DNA of 40,373 bases. Source: Albugo candida. Taxonomy: Eukaryota. Positions 1 to 14,250 of this stretch are shown piece after piece. How positions within the stretch are numbered: position 1 is the stretch's first letter; every line of letters begins with the position of its first letter. The notes beneath the pieces were generated by a model. The model was not told the DNA's origin and did no database searches. It saw only the letters and a program-made list of their open reading frames with translations. The stretch covers positions 124,001 through 164,373 of the forward strand of contig JBDOQK010000067.1 of the NCBI GenBank assembly GCA_040437565.1. Direction: 5' to 3'. Made by a program: the position numbers and the translations under genes.

Positions 1-3000
1 TGATTGTCAAAATTCGGCAATGGTGGCAAGACTTCAAATTACTAGCTTTAGCAATCACAAATAAGTCAACCTTTTACAAGGACTGGCTGACTCGGAATAT
101 TGGACCCAATATTTATTTGTGTAAACTCAAGAGTAGTCATGGCATCATCCCTAGAGCTGATTTTTGTGAGGCGATGTATTCAAGCTAAGTTCGAGACACA
201 GCGGGCATCCAATCTAGCGACATAAGCACGGCGTATATGGTACTTCAGAGACAAAAATGGGACATACCAGGCCAGACAACGCAAAAAAGAGAGTTCTAGA
301 TGATAATCCAGAACAATATACCTATTTTGGCATTCGTCTTTAATCAAATAGCTTATCCTTTCTCCCGTCAAAACGAAAGCTTGTGTTGCTCTTGTCAAAC
401 CGAGAGCTATTTCCGGCACTGACTTTCACCATGACAATATTTTCTTAGATATCAACTCACTATTCGATAGAACTTACCATCAATGAACCCACTACACGAC
501 ATTAAAATCGTAGCATCTTCATTCAAATCGCGAGCAGCGAATCTTCGATTGACCATCAGTAGATGCGCCACTTCGTCCAAAGCTTGATCATTCAATTCCA
601 CAAAAGCGAGCTGCACATCGTCCATAGTGATCGGATGATCAGGTGCAGCTTAAATGATTTTTTCCGGGTTTGTGTGGAACTAAGCCAGCCTGCCCACATG
701 TGTAATGTGTCTGTATGGAACAGCCTGCCAGGTCAGGTTGCATGAGGAGCGTATTTGGGATCGATTTTCATAAGCTCTCCAGCCTTTCCCACCCGAATTG
801 GTCGCTTCGATTTTCTACCTTGGTTTGGCGTTTTTGAAAGATGTGGAAGGCCTTTGTTGCAGTGGCTACCTCTTTGGATTCGTGTTTCCACGGGAATAAT
901 TTAAGAAGGAGTTCCATGCACTGGTTTCTAAACACTATAAGTTCCTCAGGCTTCATCTTTATTGTTGCGAGCACCGACTAGTAATTACTAAATTGCGAAC
1001 TCAGCTGAGCATGCGATCGTGCTTTCGAGATCATGTGGCGATATAGCTCCATACGGTGCAGTTTACGACACGAAAGAGCCAACGGCATGTAGTCATATTC
1101 ATCCCAACCCGCTGATTAATATTTTCCTGATGAAGCTGATTTCTCCTTTAGAACGAGGAGAATCTGGGATTCCCTTTCGCGTGATATCTATAGAAGTCGG
1201 GAGCCCCAATTCGGAGAGATTTTTTACAGGTTTCCTTGCCTCCGTTTCTTGGCTTGGAACTGGCGTCTATACCAATTGTGGCGACAGAAATGTTTCCTTT
1301 GTTGCTGGAGTTTGGTTCTGGTTGTTTTTTTTTGATGCTATTTTTTTGTCTAGCCACATTAACCGAAACGTGTACATTGCCTTGGAATATGGGTATTCTT
1401 ACCCCGTGCAGGGTAGAGCTGTTTGTCGAATGCGATTGCTCGCATTATTTCCAACACGCACAAATGCTTCGGCGGGGGCGGGAAGTGAATTCTCCACGTC
1501 GCCACAGCCACTCCTTTCGACAAATTGGCTTCTCGAAAGTAACTCCAGATCGAAGCCAAACACGTCCAGGTATTACCGGCGTTTTAAGGTGTCGTGCTAC
1601 TTGATAAAGTACTTTCAGCCAGAACGTTGACCGACTGACAGTCCAGTTGCTAAGGAGAGTCCATGTATGTGAGTATCACACGGCCATTGCTTCCTAGACG
1701 CTTGTCCAATCNNNNNNNNNNNNNNNNNNNNNNNNNNNNNNNNNNNNNNNNNNNNNNNNNNNNNNNNNNNNNNNNNNNNNNNNNNNNNNNNNNNNNNNNN
1801 NNNNNNNNNNNGCCAAACACGTCCAGGTATTACCGGCGTTTTAAGGTGTCGTGCTACTTGATAAAGTACTTTCAGCCAGAACGTTGACTGACTGTCAGTC
1901 GGTTGCTAAGGAGAGTCCATGTATGTGAGTATCACACGGCCATTGCTTCCTAGACGCTTGTCCAATCTCGTGACACTACAGGAGACAATAAAACACCGGG
2001 TTGCCGTGATTTTGGAGGAGTGAGATTGAGATCATTTTGTGTTGATACCTGACCTATTTCCGAACCCATTTTTTTGGGTAAATTGCTTTAGCAATTTTGT
2101 AAGCCCTGGTTGCCCTGAATTTTACTCTCTTGCTCCAGATGAGCAAGACGGTCTCTCAGCTTTCTTGCGTACGACCAGGTGACGGAAGCGATCAAGCAAA
2201 TGCAAAATAGTTCTTCATTGATGGATGAATTAAGAGCTGCATCTTGATAAGATTTGTACGGAAATGTTTGAGGACTTCCTGAAAATCTTGTTCAAATGTG
2301 AGCTGACTCAGATCGCAACACCACACAGAAATAGCCTTGTTGTACATTGCCTCCAACTTCCTTTGGTTTGATTACGCAAAAGTCCCTCTAAGAGGTCTCA
2401 AAACCTACAAAAAAAGGATCACGGAATGATCTTGGCATCTATCAATGCTTTGTGTCGATGTGATATTACTTTCAAAAAGTATTGGCGCATCAATTTCCAA
2501 GGTTTTCTGCCGCGATCAATCTATCGAGATCAGAGGCATTCGTGCGAGGAAATTCGATGTACTATCACACTCGACATCTCACCGACATACAGACTTGATA
2601 ACCCGTCGTGGGAAGGAAGCGTCTTCAGATTTTCTCTACCGTAAAGAAGCTTATTGTCCAGTCAATTGGACGTACATGCTTCGCGACTTGGAAAATGGGC
2701 GTTGAAAAAGTTTAATCGACTGGTTTCGTCTTCTGTAAACAAAAGGAAAAGGCGGAGTTGATAATCAATGGATATTTAACACCGTCCATTACACCACGAC
2801 GTTGAGTCAACAGGACGACCACGGTCAGCATTGCTTTTTCGAAGACACTCAGACCCTTAGAAAATCTATTTTAGCCACGTTGAACATAGATTGCTTGAGC
2901 TATTGCCAGCGGCACGATCGGAATAGAGAGACGATCAACTAGTTCTCGCTGAGTCGTGGCTTTCCTTGCATGGAGTAACGATGCACTTCTTTTGGATCGA

Positions 3001-3219
3001 TAACAATTGTCGGTTGTTTAATCAGCGATCAAAAATTCCGCCAATTCCAGCACTTCTCGTAATATATACCACGTTTTGTGAGTTCTTTCGGTATTTTAGA
3101 AGATAGCGTTGCGTTCAAGACGAGCAGTTCAGCGTGCAAAGGTGAAGATCAACACGCAACGCATGGATCATTCGGTGATAGACACGTTATAAGCTCTCAC
3201 AGGACTGTAGAAACGTCAC

Positions 3220-3315
3220 ATGTATGTGTATTTATTTTAGAAGGTATTCAAGATAGCCTAGGCGTCCAGAGAAAGTCACTTCGTCTAATCTTGTATATCG
3301 ATACAATCAACTGGA
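3220..3315. repeat. Short dispersed repeat, copy 1 of 3 (possible LINE/SINE 3' end on the - strand)
   Basis: tattcaagatagcctaggcgtccagagaaagtcacttcgtctaat...caactg resembles 39255-39343 (ttaagatagcctaggcaactagagaagtcagttagtctaat...caactg) and 19259-19330. Confidence 0.5.
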
Positions 3316-6300
3316 AATCTAACATCTTCACTTGGGACATCAGAAGACTATTCGAAAGTCTTGCTTGATTAATAAAAACGCGGTACTTACTCAATCACAA
3401 CGTTACTCGACACTCATCTTGCTATCCAAGGGTAGCTTACGAGCCGGTCCCGACAAATGCATTTCAGTTGCATTTTTAGGTTTCCCCATAAAATTGAAAG
3501 GACTGACACATCGAGTACAGCATGTTTTTTCACGAACTTGATGATGCATCAAGACAAAAAAAATCCTTTAAGCTAGGACCGCGTGTGATGTAGCTTCAAA
3601 TATCTTTGCTACAAGATATATGATGCTTGGTTAATTCTTGCGTCGAAGAAGCTTATGCGACTTTTCGTGCATCGAGAATCTTCAAGACCAAACCAGATGA
3701 GCGTATATTTCTTACAAGTTGAGAAATGCGAGCGGTTCTCCAACTTGGTTCACCTTCGGCACATCGATACAAAGGTACAGCTAAGTGAAATACACAAGGC
3801 GATTCTCTATCAGCATTACTGCTCTTTTTTTGGTGCTTGAATCTCGTAAAGTCGAGACATATTAGCTCTAAAGAGAGAATATTCTATGATGGTAAGCGGA
3901 GTTATATCGGAAAGGAGACTGAGCATGATAATATTTCTACAGAAGTTCGTCATCCAGCTTATTGATGACGATTGGCGGAAAGGGTACATGTAGGTGAGAA
4001 GGTTTTCTTAATTTTGATCACCTAAATAAAAACTTNNNNNNNNNNNNNNNNNNNNNNNNNNNNNNNNNNNNNNNNNNNNNNNNNNNNNNNNNNNNNNNNN
4101 NNNNNNNNNNNNNNNNNNNNNNNNNNNNNNNNNNNGCATCGAGAATCTTCAAGACCAAACCAGATGAGCGTATATTTCTTACAAGTTGAGAAATGCGAGC
4201 GGTTCTCCAACTTGGTTCACCTTCGGCACATCGATACAAAGGTACAGCTAAGTGAAATACACAAGGCGATTCTCTATCAGCATTACTGCTCTTTTTTTGG
4301 TGCTTGAATCTCGTAAAGTCGAGACATATTAGCTCTAAAGAGAGAATATTCTATGATGGTAAGCGGAGTTATATCGGAAAGGAGACTGAGCATGATAATA
4401 TTTCTACAGAAGTTCGTCATCCAGCTTATTGATGACGATTGGCGGAAAGGGTACATGTAGGTGAGAAGGTTTTCTTAATTTTGATCACCTAAATAAAAAC
4501 TTTAGTACGTATGCAAAAGTCGGCGATGACAAATGCGTCAATTAGAAAGGCTACCTGACGAGCTCTTTAGAACAAAAAAATCAAAATATGCTCGTAAAAT
4601 TCATGCGTAAAGCTATCTTCTCCTGAGCACTCAATCATCAGAGCAAGAACTAAACCTGTCTCCTATCATAAACTACCTACAATCCTGGATGACCACGTCA
4701 ACAGCAACTCGTCATTGCATCAACAGACGATAGATAAAAAACGTTTTTACAAATCGATCGAACAAGGTAGTTGCTTAGAAAACTTACGATCCAATTATAC
4801 CTTCGAGATTAAGAAGTGCCGATCACTTGCCATCAAGAACACTAGATCTATATTCACTTTATAAAAACTATACGCCGTCACCATTACCGGCATTATCCAG
4901 TGTCACGCAATTTCTAAATTTCCAATTTAATCAGGCCACATGCATGGTACGCAAATGCATGGCATCGTCTGTACCACGCATGCATCTGTGGTATATAACA
5001 TTGGATGCAATCGTTGTAAAGTATCTACCGTTTCTTTTTCCAGATTTTCCAGAAGCACTTGATATGTTTGAACTATCATTCGCGGAAGAATTGCTTCGTT
5101 GATTATGTGTTATGAAATTAGGCATTCATATAAGATTTGTAAAACCCTGATTTATGATTAATAACTAAGACGGCAGCTTTTTCTCGGAAAAAGTTTTTTT
5201 ATGCATCGTATGCTTAAATCGACGCAGTGGATCACTATTGAAAGAGTATGATGATTTGTACCGACCCGAGATGTTTTCGCAAGCATAGTAAGTGACAGAA
5301 AGCGTTCGTATCGAGCGATTCTAGGCGTTTGGCATCAACTTGATCAATTACGACTCATTTGGGTCGTCCTTTGTCGCGTCTGGTTGGAACCTGAAGTCCG
5401 CTCGAAGCGAAATTGATTTCAAAAATAGAAAGAGGCCCAGTCCTGTTTTGCATAGATAATCGCTCAAGACACCACAAACCAGAACGCGCAACTATGTGAC
5501 CACTTACCAGAGATTGCCAGCATTAGATGAATCCTTTATTTATTTTTTATAGAGTCGGAAGATTCATAAACTTCACGCTACAATCGGAATGATCCGAGAT
5601 AAGCCATTGCTAGCCCAAAACGTGATTGAAGCGCAACATATCTTTCCAATGAGACGAAAAATGTCAAAAGAAAATTTTCACATGAAAGTAAAAGAAGATA
5701 ACCAGAGGCGCAATAATATATGGCTGCGGTTCGGCAGCATTTGTATTCATATTCTATAGGATATATGGAAGCTCAGTCACACACCACGTTAAATAATTTT
5801 GCTTCCTGAATTTACACAGAATGGTGAATGGCAGTCACAAAGTTAGGCGACTCATGGAACTGGATGTGTATGCTCTTTTTGTTTTGTTTAGCTGGCCGCA
5901 AAACGAGCTCGCTTTGAGTGAAAGTCTATGCTTGGGTGTCGTGCTGTCTGAATCTTACGGTTCGGACAGTCTCCTGGAATGCAGTGGTCTTCGTACATTG
6001 TCTTCAAGTTGTAGAGAGGAAGCAAGGAATGAAGGAAGCTGACCACTTCATCTCGCAATGGGACCAGGATACCCCAGCTAGCACCTCGATCCGTTCAGTT
6101 GAATCTCGATTGTTTTGACGCACGTGTGATGTAACTCTTTCATGTTTCTAGTGGTGAGTTATTGAGAATCATTGTTATATGTGGCAATGAGTACTAGGTC
6201 AGATGAAGCATTCGCAGTTTGTCAACTCAGTCGAATTTTGGAGAATACAAGCTCAGAACATAATAATGCTAAAAGAGCTTGTGGAGACGAATGATGGACA

Positions 6301-6674
6301 TAGTTGTGTCGAATGACGATATTTGCCGTGAAGTTGACCATCCAATGCCTCCATCGAATTTAAAAAGATTTTTTCCTTAGCTGATGTTTCCTGATTCATA
6401 GTGTATCGTAGCTCATGTCACTATATACTTTTCTTTTCGCATCGTTGCACCATGATAAAGAGTAATAATTATCACTGCTTTACGTTGATGGAAAGCATGG
6501 AAAGCACTACAGTGATTTTCACTTGGATAGATTCAATTCATCAGGTCAATATTCTGAATTTTGTGCAACAGATCTTCTCAATGAAAATCTGCCGCCAAAA
6601 CCCTGTGCGACGAATGCAATATGCAACTCTTATAAGATGATACCAAAGCCGTCAATTCAGTCTGCATAAATTTA

Positions 6675-7433
6675 GGGAGCTGCTAACCGGACACTCCACC
6701 TCTCCTTACATATGTTTATATATTTTGTTAGACCCCCCTTATTTGGGTTAATAAATAGATAGCATATACTAAACGGGACACCCCTTACCCTATGCAGCAC
6801 ATATATGCTACATGACCACGGCCTCTTCTCCACCTTAACGTCTTTCTGTTGGAATATATTCGATTGGTGGCCGCGCGACAATGAAATAGTTCAACGACGG
6901 GCGACTCCACCTGCCCATTGCTTGCGGAGGAATCTGGCGGTATCAGAACAACCAGCCAAATCGTGAGCAAGCGCAATGTAAGTCAACAGCATTCATGCAT
7001 GCGAGTTTGTCTCAAAATCCCTTTGATACTTTCATCTGCCGTTTTTCCAGATTTATCCCATCACAATGACAATTATCAATAGCGAAAAAAAAATGCAAAA
7101 GTGCAAGAAAAAGGCGTTGAGGTAAGCCACAATGATTCGTGTATGATTTCTTCTTACCGTTTTTTTTTTCAGGCTATTGAAATTGATCGCGGTTCCGGCG
7201 ACGATGGGTTGCTTGCCCAAGAATTCCGCGCGGAATTNNNNNNNNNNNNNNNNNNNNNNNNNNNNNNNNNNNNNNNNNNNNNNNNNNNNNNNNNNNNNNN
7301 NNNNNNNNNNNNNNNNNNNNNNNNNNNNNNNNNNNNNATCCGTCGCTCTTATTTTATTTTCATGATAACCTTTCCCATTCATTACACACACTTTCAAACC
7401 AATCAGTAAATCAACGATAGATTCAGCAGTCAT
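6675..7433 (-). mobile_element. Possible degraded DNA transposon end (MULE-like)
   Basis: Begins GGGAGC after an AT-rich flank, like the termini at 7608, 16077 and 37784. Minus-strand fragments end in a basic RRGRG motif. No catalytic motif recognised. Confidence 0.25.
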
Positions 7434-7607
7434 AGCATTTTATTATCTAAACCATACGTCGATCGAAATTCTTGTCAACTCATCTCCCTTTAGCAAAACT
7501 GAAACGCTTAACTCAGCACATAAGTAAACCAAGCATCACAAAGTATTGACTCATATTTGATTATAGTGGGGGGTGTTTATCAAAATATATATGGGATTAA
7601 AAAAATA

Positions 7608-8401
7608 GGGAGCGCCTATAATCACACTCCCCTTTCACTATTCTCACCCCCCATTCGGGAGCCCATAAAATCATTCCGTATCGATTTCCACCAATCACGT
7701 AATTATTATGATATGTTTGTCATACTTTGTTGCGTCTGTGTTATCGTTTTGAATTCAAGGACCCTGCTCAGCCTGCTACCTTTTGGTTGTAGCCAAAAGT
7801 CGATATCCTACTCACATATTGCAAAATATAATGGTGCTTCCTATCTCTGCTTATTCTCATTCGTTTATCGAGTACTCATCATGTTGCTGTAAGTAAGGCT
7901 TTTGGATAATAGCATCGATGCATAATTCTTTACTTCATCCTTTTAAGCCTTCGAGTAGCGATGCCTTGCTACTTATGCTTCAATGTCAATAACTTGGAAT
8001 GACGTAGCCATGGTATCCACTTCGTACTATCTGACTGTTGCGAAATTGCGCTATATTTATCTGTCAATTGATCCGATTTTATTGCCGTTGGATCAAATAG
8101 GACATGGAAAGAATAATCGTGTATTGCTATATCATGATTTTCATCTACTTAAATTCAGAAAAACTCATCGAGATTGTCATTGCTTTTAGTGAACAGCTCT
8201 TGCTTCTCGTTCATGAAGTCACCATGGACTGACTATTCGCTGATATGCTCCAATTCTTCTGAGTCTATTGTTTGAACGAGTTTGTAATGAATGAATGATT
8301 GCTGATTGTCACGTGATTGGTGAAAATTGATACGGAATGATATTACATTGGGAGGGGTGTGTGAGAATAGTTAAAGGAAGGGGGTGATTATAGGCGCTCC
8401 C
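7608..8401. mobile_element. Non-autonomous TIR element (MITE, probably Mutator-type), 794 bp
   Basis: Imperfect TIRs of about 95 bp: GGGAGCGCCTATAATCAC at 7608 and GTGATTATAGGCGCTCCC ending at 8401. Flanks aaaaaata / agaaaata match 7/8 (TSD-like). An inverted second copy lies at 37784-38512. Confidence 0.85.
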
Positions 8402-8485
8402 AGAAAATATACCAATTTGATAAATAAATAATAAAATTACCAAGTGAGTATACTATACGTAAGGGTATACACATTGCACACTTCA

Positions 8486-9146
8486 ATATCATCGATGGAA
8501 AGCGACGAAACAAATTAGCAGCAGCTTCTTTCGATAACACGAGTTATGCCAATAAAAGGGACATAATTCAAGCAGTAATTGACTGCAGCCGAGAATGTAA
8601 CCGTCCGTTTCTTGTGGTATCAAGTGACAAGCGTTATGAAGCATTGTCACANNNNNNNNNNNNNNNNNNNNNNNNNNNNNNNNNNNNNNNNNNNNNNNNN
8701 NNNNNNNNNNNNNNNNNNNNNNNNNNNNNNNNNNNNNNNNNNNNNNNNNNNTTGCACACTTCAATATCATCGATGGAAAGCGACGAAACAAATTAGCAGC
8801 AGCTTCTTTCGATAACACGAGTTATGCCAATAAAAGGGACATAATTCAAGCAGTAATTGACTGCAGCCGAGAATGTAACCGTCCGTTTCTTGTGGTATCA
8901 AGTGACAAGCGTTATGAAGCATTGTCACACAACATGAATGTTTCTTTGTTGTGCAGTTTGCCTTTTCACAGACAATCAGCCCTCCAACAAAGTTTGTTTT
9001 GCCCTCCTGTCAAGTATCCTATTCGCCAAAAGCGTCTCGTATATATAAGTCATGGAGCTAGAGATATGGCCATAATCTCCAGTAGGAAAGTGACTACGGT
9101 GATGATGCAAACGAAGGTATACTGCCACATATATGAACTGTGCTCG
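8486..9146 (+). pseudogene. MuDR-type transposase N-terminal DNA-binding domain remnant
   Basis: Manual translation YANKRDIIQAVIDCSRECNRPFLVVSSDKRYEA then, after a frameshift, HECFFVVQFAFSQ..PPTKFV fits the MuDR DBD pattern (K.ELxxAV..Y....R.F.V..SDK.RY.A.C..C.F). Truncated by the repeat at 9147; 8474-8651 is duplicated across a gap. Confidence 0.5.
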
Positions 9147-9297
9147 ACTTCTCAATTTGCCGGCTACTAAGTAACCCGTCAATTTAGTAAAACAACTCGA
9201 AAAAACAACCTTTTTCAACTCCTTCCTCTCGAAAACAATGGTTCAAGTCGACATATCGACACAACCAAGGGTGCTAGCGTCCACTTGTAGTGACGTG
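9147..9297 (+). repeat. Dispersed repeat, copy 1; probable 5' end/ORF1 start of a retroelement
   Basis: acttctcaatttgccggctact...atggttcaagtcgacatatcgacacaa...gtgacgtg closely matches 18694-18844. It runs into a gap. Confidence 0.7.
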
Positions 9298-12200
9298 NNN
9301 NNNNNNNNNNNNNNNNNNNNNNNNNNNNNNNNNNNNNNNNNNNNNNNNNNNNNNNNNNNNNNNNNNNNNNNNNNNNNNNNNNNNNNNNNNNNNNNNNGGT
9401 TGTGTCCGGATAGCAGCTCCCTAAATTTATTTGAAGTTCCAAGATCAGCTTTACCAGTCAAAGTGAGTATCTCTTGAAAAATGATTTCTGAACAGGAAGC
9501 GGTCGCTTTCGTCTACTACAGCAATGTTGGCAGCTGAGCGAAGAGGACGTTCTTTCGGCAAAAAAATGTCTTCTTTATTCTGAGATAGTAAACTCATCCT
9601 TGCTAAAATGCGACTAGAAACCTAAAACGCAATCTTGAGTCCTTTTTTAATCTTTTGACGAGCGGTATAAGGTACCTGCTCAATTCATTGACTTTCTATA
9701 ACTGCAAGATCGACCGATGATTTTGACGTGATTCAGCCTGGAAATACACTTCCATGCATCGAGACTCGAGTACTCCCACATCGACTCCTGATATTCATGT
9801 ATCCCTTCGCAATTGTCGCGATGAAGTGACTACTAATTTCTGTTTTTGGATTCGATATTGCTGCGTCCTATTTGCTCGTATGGATAATGGATGTCGATGG
9901 GCTAATGATTGTAAAGTGGTCTTCATCAATACAAACAAGTAAATCTCAATTTATTCAAATTTCAAAAAAGTGTATAAGCTTGTCCATTTGGGCATTATCA
10001 ATCGTAGCGACAACTGACAACTTTATACAGTCATTGAAGAATCGCAACGAGGCAACATCCAGGTTTTACTTTGTGTCAATCAACATCTCATCACTGTATA
10101 ACAATCACTCAAATTAGTGTAGCTCACGAACGTTTTATCGATAAAAACTCGATTGATTGAAGACGGATACTTTGTTGGCCCCATTCGTAGTGACTCTCAT
10201 TAAAGTGTTGTGAAGAGCTACATATTTGATTACGTTCCGCATGTTTCCCTTCATTACAGTCAGCACACTATACAACATGCGACAGCGTTTATCAAAAGAT
10301 GCATATATTCTGATCAGACACGCGCTTCTAGAAAATTAGTAGCTTCCGTGACATCGTTCTTATCATGAAAAGAGATAAGAACACACGATAAACTCTTCAG
10401 ACATCTTAACACTCACTGCCACTAGACTCTGTTGGAAGAAACTGGTAATATCATTGATACCTCGAAGAGTAATTATCTTCGCGTTTTACTGAATTGTTTT
10501 CATTTGGATGTTATGAGCTCTTAGCTAAGCTTAATTGCATGTTTATTTTTTCGAATTTCTGTCGCACTCAAAGGCTTCAACATCAACGTAGTTAGTCGGT
10601 GTTATTTCTCACTACCCCATCCATGCTTGCGTCATTTTGGACCTAAAATCTCAAAATCAAAATTATATTGCAGCGGTTCCTGTTTACAAAGCTTTAAGAA
10701 TTCTAATGATAATCTGGTTTCCTGACAGAGTAGCCAGCATGTTGTGTGAAACAAGAGGATGATTTGAGAAAGAATCTTCACCTAGCATATATTTCAGAAC
10801 ATGGACTAATCAGTCTGCTAATAATTCGGAAATGGAAATAGAATCGACCTCGGAATCATGAGGCTCAAAGGCTATAGAGAAAACCAGCAGGATATTGTCA
10901 CGGATGATTTGACGGAGTATCAGGCCCAGGGAGTTTTAGTGCAAGCAGGATCAGTTCAAAACTACTGATAGTGTAGTTAAGTAGCCTCTAAGTAATGTGA
11001 AGTTTGAATGCCTATTCCGAGGTTTTATAGTTGGGTCGCTATAAAGATCATAATAATTCGGATTCGAGCGGAGCTATGTTACCGAATGCTCTTAATATGC
11101 AGTCATACTAAGATAGTCTGCCTTTCACCTGTGTCATTATAGGTGATTGCTAGTTCACAGTTTTAGCGCTGAAGTTTCAATTAGAGCGGTAAATCGTTGC
11201 AACAAGCATTGCAGTAGTCGAACTAGAGGTAGCAGCTACGACGTCACCCATGAATGGAGTCATTGAATATAATCGTGGAAGCGTAAGTACTCACAATTTC
11301 GACAGATCAATTCAGTAGGTTCTAAACTCGTCCAGTTTATGTAGCATCTAGAAATAGATTCCATATCTTATCCTACCGCTGGAATAACAATTGCTGCATG
11401 AGCAATCGCCGGCCTTTATCAAGGAATTTATATTGACGCATGCACAACTGTAGCGACTACTCCCAGACATATATCTAGCTGTCACAACTTTCTTCAGCAT
11501 CATGACCTGTACGCCAACTTCACTTATGAGATTGTAGGAGCGCCCTCCGAATTATGACATGATCGATTGGAAACGTTTGCTGAAATAGCTGATGATATTC
11601 CATTTTCGAACGTTCAGGATAATGTGAGCAGAATTTGCAGCAGCCCTCTAAACATCTACACAAATAATCAGACAATTCCAAAAACACGAAAAATAGCTGT
11701 GATCATAGCGACAAAAGAATGTACGGAGACAATGCCACAACAAGAAAGGCTTTGTGTCTGGCCCGAGCTGATTTTAGGAAGAGAGAGAAGGAACGATGAA
11801 TGCAATGACGGGTCAAATAGAGATTCTAGTTTTTCTTGATGGAAAATGAAGTACTGTTGGAACGGGCACTGTCGCAGAAAAACTGATAGACTCTAATCGT
11901 ATGATAAGAGAAGAAGTGATGATGAAGATAGAAGAGGTTTTGAACTAGATAGAACATAACTTGTTGAGTAAAGATAAACAGAAGATGCTATCGAAATACC
12001 TCATTTTTATCAATCTGCAACAAGAGAAAAGTCATCCGTTCGGCGCGGCATACTGCCTACTTCTACAAAACATTCACACGAAATATTTTTTATTTAGGAT
12101 TGCTTTGCATGTTTGACATTTAGTGACGCTAAAAATGAGAGATACCCAACTGGTGAATCCAGTATGGAGGCTTTCCAGTAAGTGATGCACTAAACTACCG

Positions 12201-13879
12201 ATGGGTTACCTCCAAAACGATGATAAATGCTGTGACACGTGTGATTTAATTGAATAGGGATCAGAGACTATTGTCCATAATGTGTATCCAGGACACTGAT
12301 AACCCGCTCGTAGAGTACAGAAATAGAAATGAAGACAGTTTTTCTTGTTTGAGCGATCAATGTTTTCGTCATTAGAATAAAATGTGTGGTAAATAGTGGC
12401 GTACCAGAAATGTTTGCTTGTATAAAAAGCAAGAAGCCATTTTCAAGGGGCTGCGATGTTCGTTTACGGCACTGATAAATGTGGTGAAAACATTTCAGCC
12501 GAGCTCGGATATGAGTAGTCTAATCTAAACCCAAATACGCCTTTGGATGTGCAAATCCGCAATCGATGTTAGGATTTCCCCATGTGGTTTTCAGGTCTAT
12601 CTGAACCTATCTGTGAGCTTTTGGAATCAGATCGGCAAATCAAAGAAGAAGAGCGTTACAAGAAGATCGACAGATTCATGAAGAAAGACGCTCGTGGCTG
12701 AGACATGTCATACGTCTATTAAGATAGCCATCATAAAATCACTCTCTACATTCAGACGCGTAATAAGAATGATGGAAACAATCTATTCCGGGCGCCATGA
12801 AGGATTTTGGTGCAATTCGAGATGGAAGAAGATGGAAAATGAGCAGCATTTATGGACTCGGTATCCAAATTCTATAGGTTGTGTCTTCAGAATTATGGTA
12901 TACTTTGGTGACTCCTTTTAAGTGGACACACTTAGGGAACTTGTGCTATTCACGTAATGATGTAAAGATCATTTATTATGTAGTTGTAGAAATGGGTTAC
13001 TTCCACATCCATCAAATTTCCAGAGCATCATGTATTCCGATGGTTTTGCTACATTGCACGTTCTCCCGAATACAGTACTGACTGCGTGAGAACTAGCATA
13101 AATGCAGCCTCCATTGAAATATAGCAGCAATAAGAAGCTAAATCTTTTCTTACCTTGCGCTGTTGGAAGATCATGTGCATTGACTGCACAGTAACAGCCG
13201 CTGTGAAGAGACGGTTACTCTACGACAGTGAAGATTTGCAACAAGGAACCAGATCGGCTGCGAGGAATCGCGGGATCAAAACCGATCTATTGTGAAGGGT
13301 CCCAGTGTGAATAAGTAGGAACTCCTTCTAAGTAATTTTCAATACATTTATTCCCCATTCTACTCTGTCGTTTACACTCTAAAACCTTACCGTTTGCCAA
13401 CATGCACTGGTTGACTAGTAGATCAACGAGGCGAAGCGACTGAATAGAGTATGGTCTACGCAGTGCAAGTCCAGAATAGTAAACAAAAGAGAGAAGAGTT
13501 CAGAGCGGTCTACTACATTTCTATCGAAGCACCAAACAATTCTTTTCCGTGACTCTTGCTTCTCGATCTCTGATTTGATTTTTTGTAGTCTATCCCTTTT
13601 TCATGCAGTACTACGCAAGAATATTCATGCCGCCAATCATCGAAGAGCCGAAAGCAATGACACTCGTCTCTTCCATTTCTTTTTAACCTCTCTCAGCTAC
13701 TCAATGGATTATCTCAAGAGCAGTCACAAGATGAACATGCTGATGAAAAGAAAGGGTCGTATCAAGCAAGTGTGCAATTTTCTCATGAAGTAACGAAAAC
13801 AGTTTGCGTATTTCATTACAAATTCTATGTAGGGCTACTGCAGTTGATTCGATTCTCGTGATAAACTTGAATGAATCAG

Positions 13880-14250
13880 TTTTTGACGATTTCGTACCAC
13901 GAGTACCATCAGGACCAATACTTCACTAGTATTTGGACACACTAGGTTGGTACCATAATGTAGTGATGCTTCCTCACGTTGCATGATACCTCGACGGTGC
14001 TGACCATCGTGCACCCAGCATCCAAGATGCTATCTTGAATGTAGTGCATACGTCAACTTTGCCAATTAGCACACTAAACTGCGTATTGGTACTTACATCG
14101 ATGAGGGTGAATACTATTTTTATAAGCATGATTGTGCTGTATTGCTACTTTCTCTTGCATGTTTATTCAGTGTTTGAAATTGTGTCCATCTTCGAAGCCT
14201 CTTGCATTTTTTCCTTATTGCTACGGTCCACAACACGCATGTTACAGCGC
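13880..14250 (-). pseudogene. Degraded paralog fragment (middle and 3' end) of the BAG/HSP20 gene
   Basis: 13880-14130 aligns by eye with 19475-19725 (e.g. catccaagatgctatcttgaatgtagtgcat vs catccaagataatatcttgaatgtcgtgcat), with the stop position conserved. About 14165-14245 aligns with about 20200-20280 (gcctcttgcat...). Large internal deletion. Confidence 0.75.

Noticed and set aside
1019-1630. 203-aa ORF on the + strand
   Set aside because: Non-ATG start and no recognisable motif. More likely the antisense shadow of decayed sequence.
7557-8189. ORFs 7557-7892 and 7983-8189 with homologs at 37978-38531
   Set aside because: The similarity comes from the MITE copies. No evidence that they are coding.
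12440-12912. Protein-like reading frame (..IKEEERYKKIDRFMKK..FYRLCLQNYG)
   Set aside because: About 7 stops in about 155 codons is no better than random, and no family was recognised.
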